NCBI GenBank assembly: GCA_973895155.1
Contig: OZ316891.1
Span: 4,435,708-4,499,707 of the forward strand
DNA: 64,000 bases
Reading direction: 5' to 3'
Source of the DNA: Marsupella aquatica
Lineage: Eukaryota > Plantae > Marchantiophyta
Every line of letters starts with the position of its first letter. Position 1 is the stretch's first letter. Shown here piece by piece: positions 63,289-64,000 of this stretch. Both the position numbers and the translations under genes were made by a program. The notes beneath the pieces are model-generated. The model ran no database searches. It was not told where the DNA came from and saw nothing but the letters and a program-made list of their open reading frames with translations.

Positions 63289-63813
63289 ATGGCCACACTT
63301 AAAGATGTTGTTGGCTGCTACAATGCTGGAGAAACAAGGACCTTCCCATCGATGAGGGTTTTTGTGGTCAATTTTGATGCTCCAATCGATTTTCCGCGGA
63401 AGTTTCTATACCATGGATGCACTCACTTCATGACACCTGGGTGGATGTGTAATCGTACTGTTGAAGGGTCAAGTCGATGTCCCCATAATTCGGTTGCTGC
63501 TGGGACTTGGACAGAAAGGTATCGTTTTGAGGTGTTCCTGGTTGACTCTACTATCGGGCCACACTTCCCTCTAGTGCTAGCTAAGATTTTTGATGCAGCG
63601 ACTGATCTCATAGGGATGCCTCTGCAAGATTTTAGCGAGAAGGAAGACTTTGTCCAGTTTGCTATTGTCCATAGAGCTACAGCAAAGATGGAATGTGTGG
63701 ACGTAGTGATCCGCTGCAAAGACGGTGAGGCCATTATTAATTCCTTGTCACCTGTAAGCGATGACGACTGTGAGATCTTGCATTCTGTGGTGCCTACTTC
63801 TGTCACTCCATGA
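63289..63813 (+). CDS. RPA1 C-terminal-like (OB fold plus zinc ribbon) ssDNA-binding protein
   Basis: FLYHGC...CNRTV....RCPH...RYRFEVFLVDST...IFDAATDLIGMP..DF fits the Rep_fac-A_C pattern; intact 174-aa ORF from ATG 63289. Confidence 0.75.
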   Translation: MATLKDVVGCYNAGETRTFPSMRVFVVNFDAPIDFPRKFLYHGCTHFMTPGWMCNRTVEGSSRCPHNSVAAGTWTERYRFEVFLVDSTIGPHFPLVLAKIFDAATDLIGMPLQDFSEKEDFVQFAIVHRATAKMECVDVVIRCKDGEAIINSLSPVSDDDCEILHSVVPTSVTP

Positions 63814-64000
63814 AAGACAAAGTTGAAGATGGACAGTGTACCTTCAAGTTATCATACTGCACGAGGGAGGCATACAGCAAAATCTTCAAGATCATCTATT
63901 AATGCTTTAGACCCGGCCATGGCGTCGTAGCTTAGTTCTGTTAGATGTAGATTGTAGGACCTGCTTGATAGTTTGGATGCAACTCATATCTGATGTGACC

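Overview
Eukaryotic DNA, almost certainly from a land plant (possibly a non-seed lineage), made almost entirely of nested transposable elements; no ordinary host gene is evident. Target-site duplications (TSDs) and re-joined reading frames give this nesting. An old minus-strand CACTA/CACTG-type element (transposase remnants at 1-5707, likely terminus at 61730) holds solo LTR-A (213-4050) and probably a shattered LTR-D (7230-60522). Inside LTR-D lie a ~33 kb Sola2-like DNA transposon (~9875-42557), an unclassified 3.2 kb element with an 8-bp TSD (42659-45832) and an internally deleted Athila/Tat-type Ty3/gypsy element (46270-60046) whose 5' LTR holds solo LTR-C (46942-50947). The Sola2-like element itself holds solo LTR-B (13087-17734) and a complete 17 kb CACTA element (18594-35648). 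Two things stand out. First, the 3.8-4.7 kb LTRs of at least three families each encode a homologous ~800-1200 aa protein inside the LTR, so each solo LTR is a gene cassette. Second, the intact CACTA carries a stand-alone EDM2-type PHD module, a tandem-BRCT protein and an F-box-like protein upstream of its transposase, a candidate anti-silencing cassette. All family assignments come from motif recognition by eye, not database searches.
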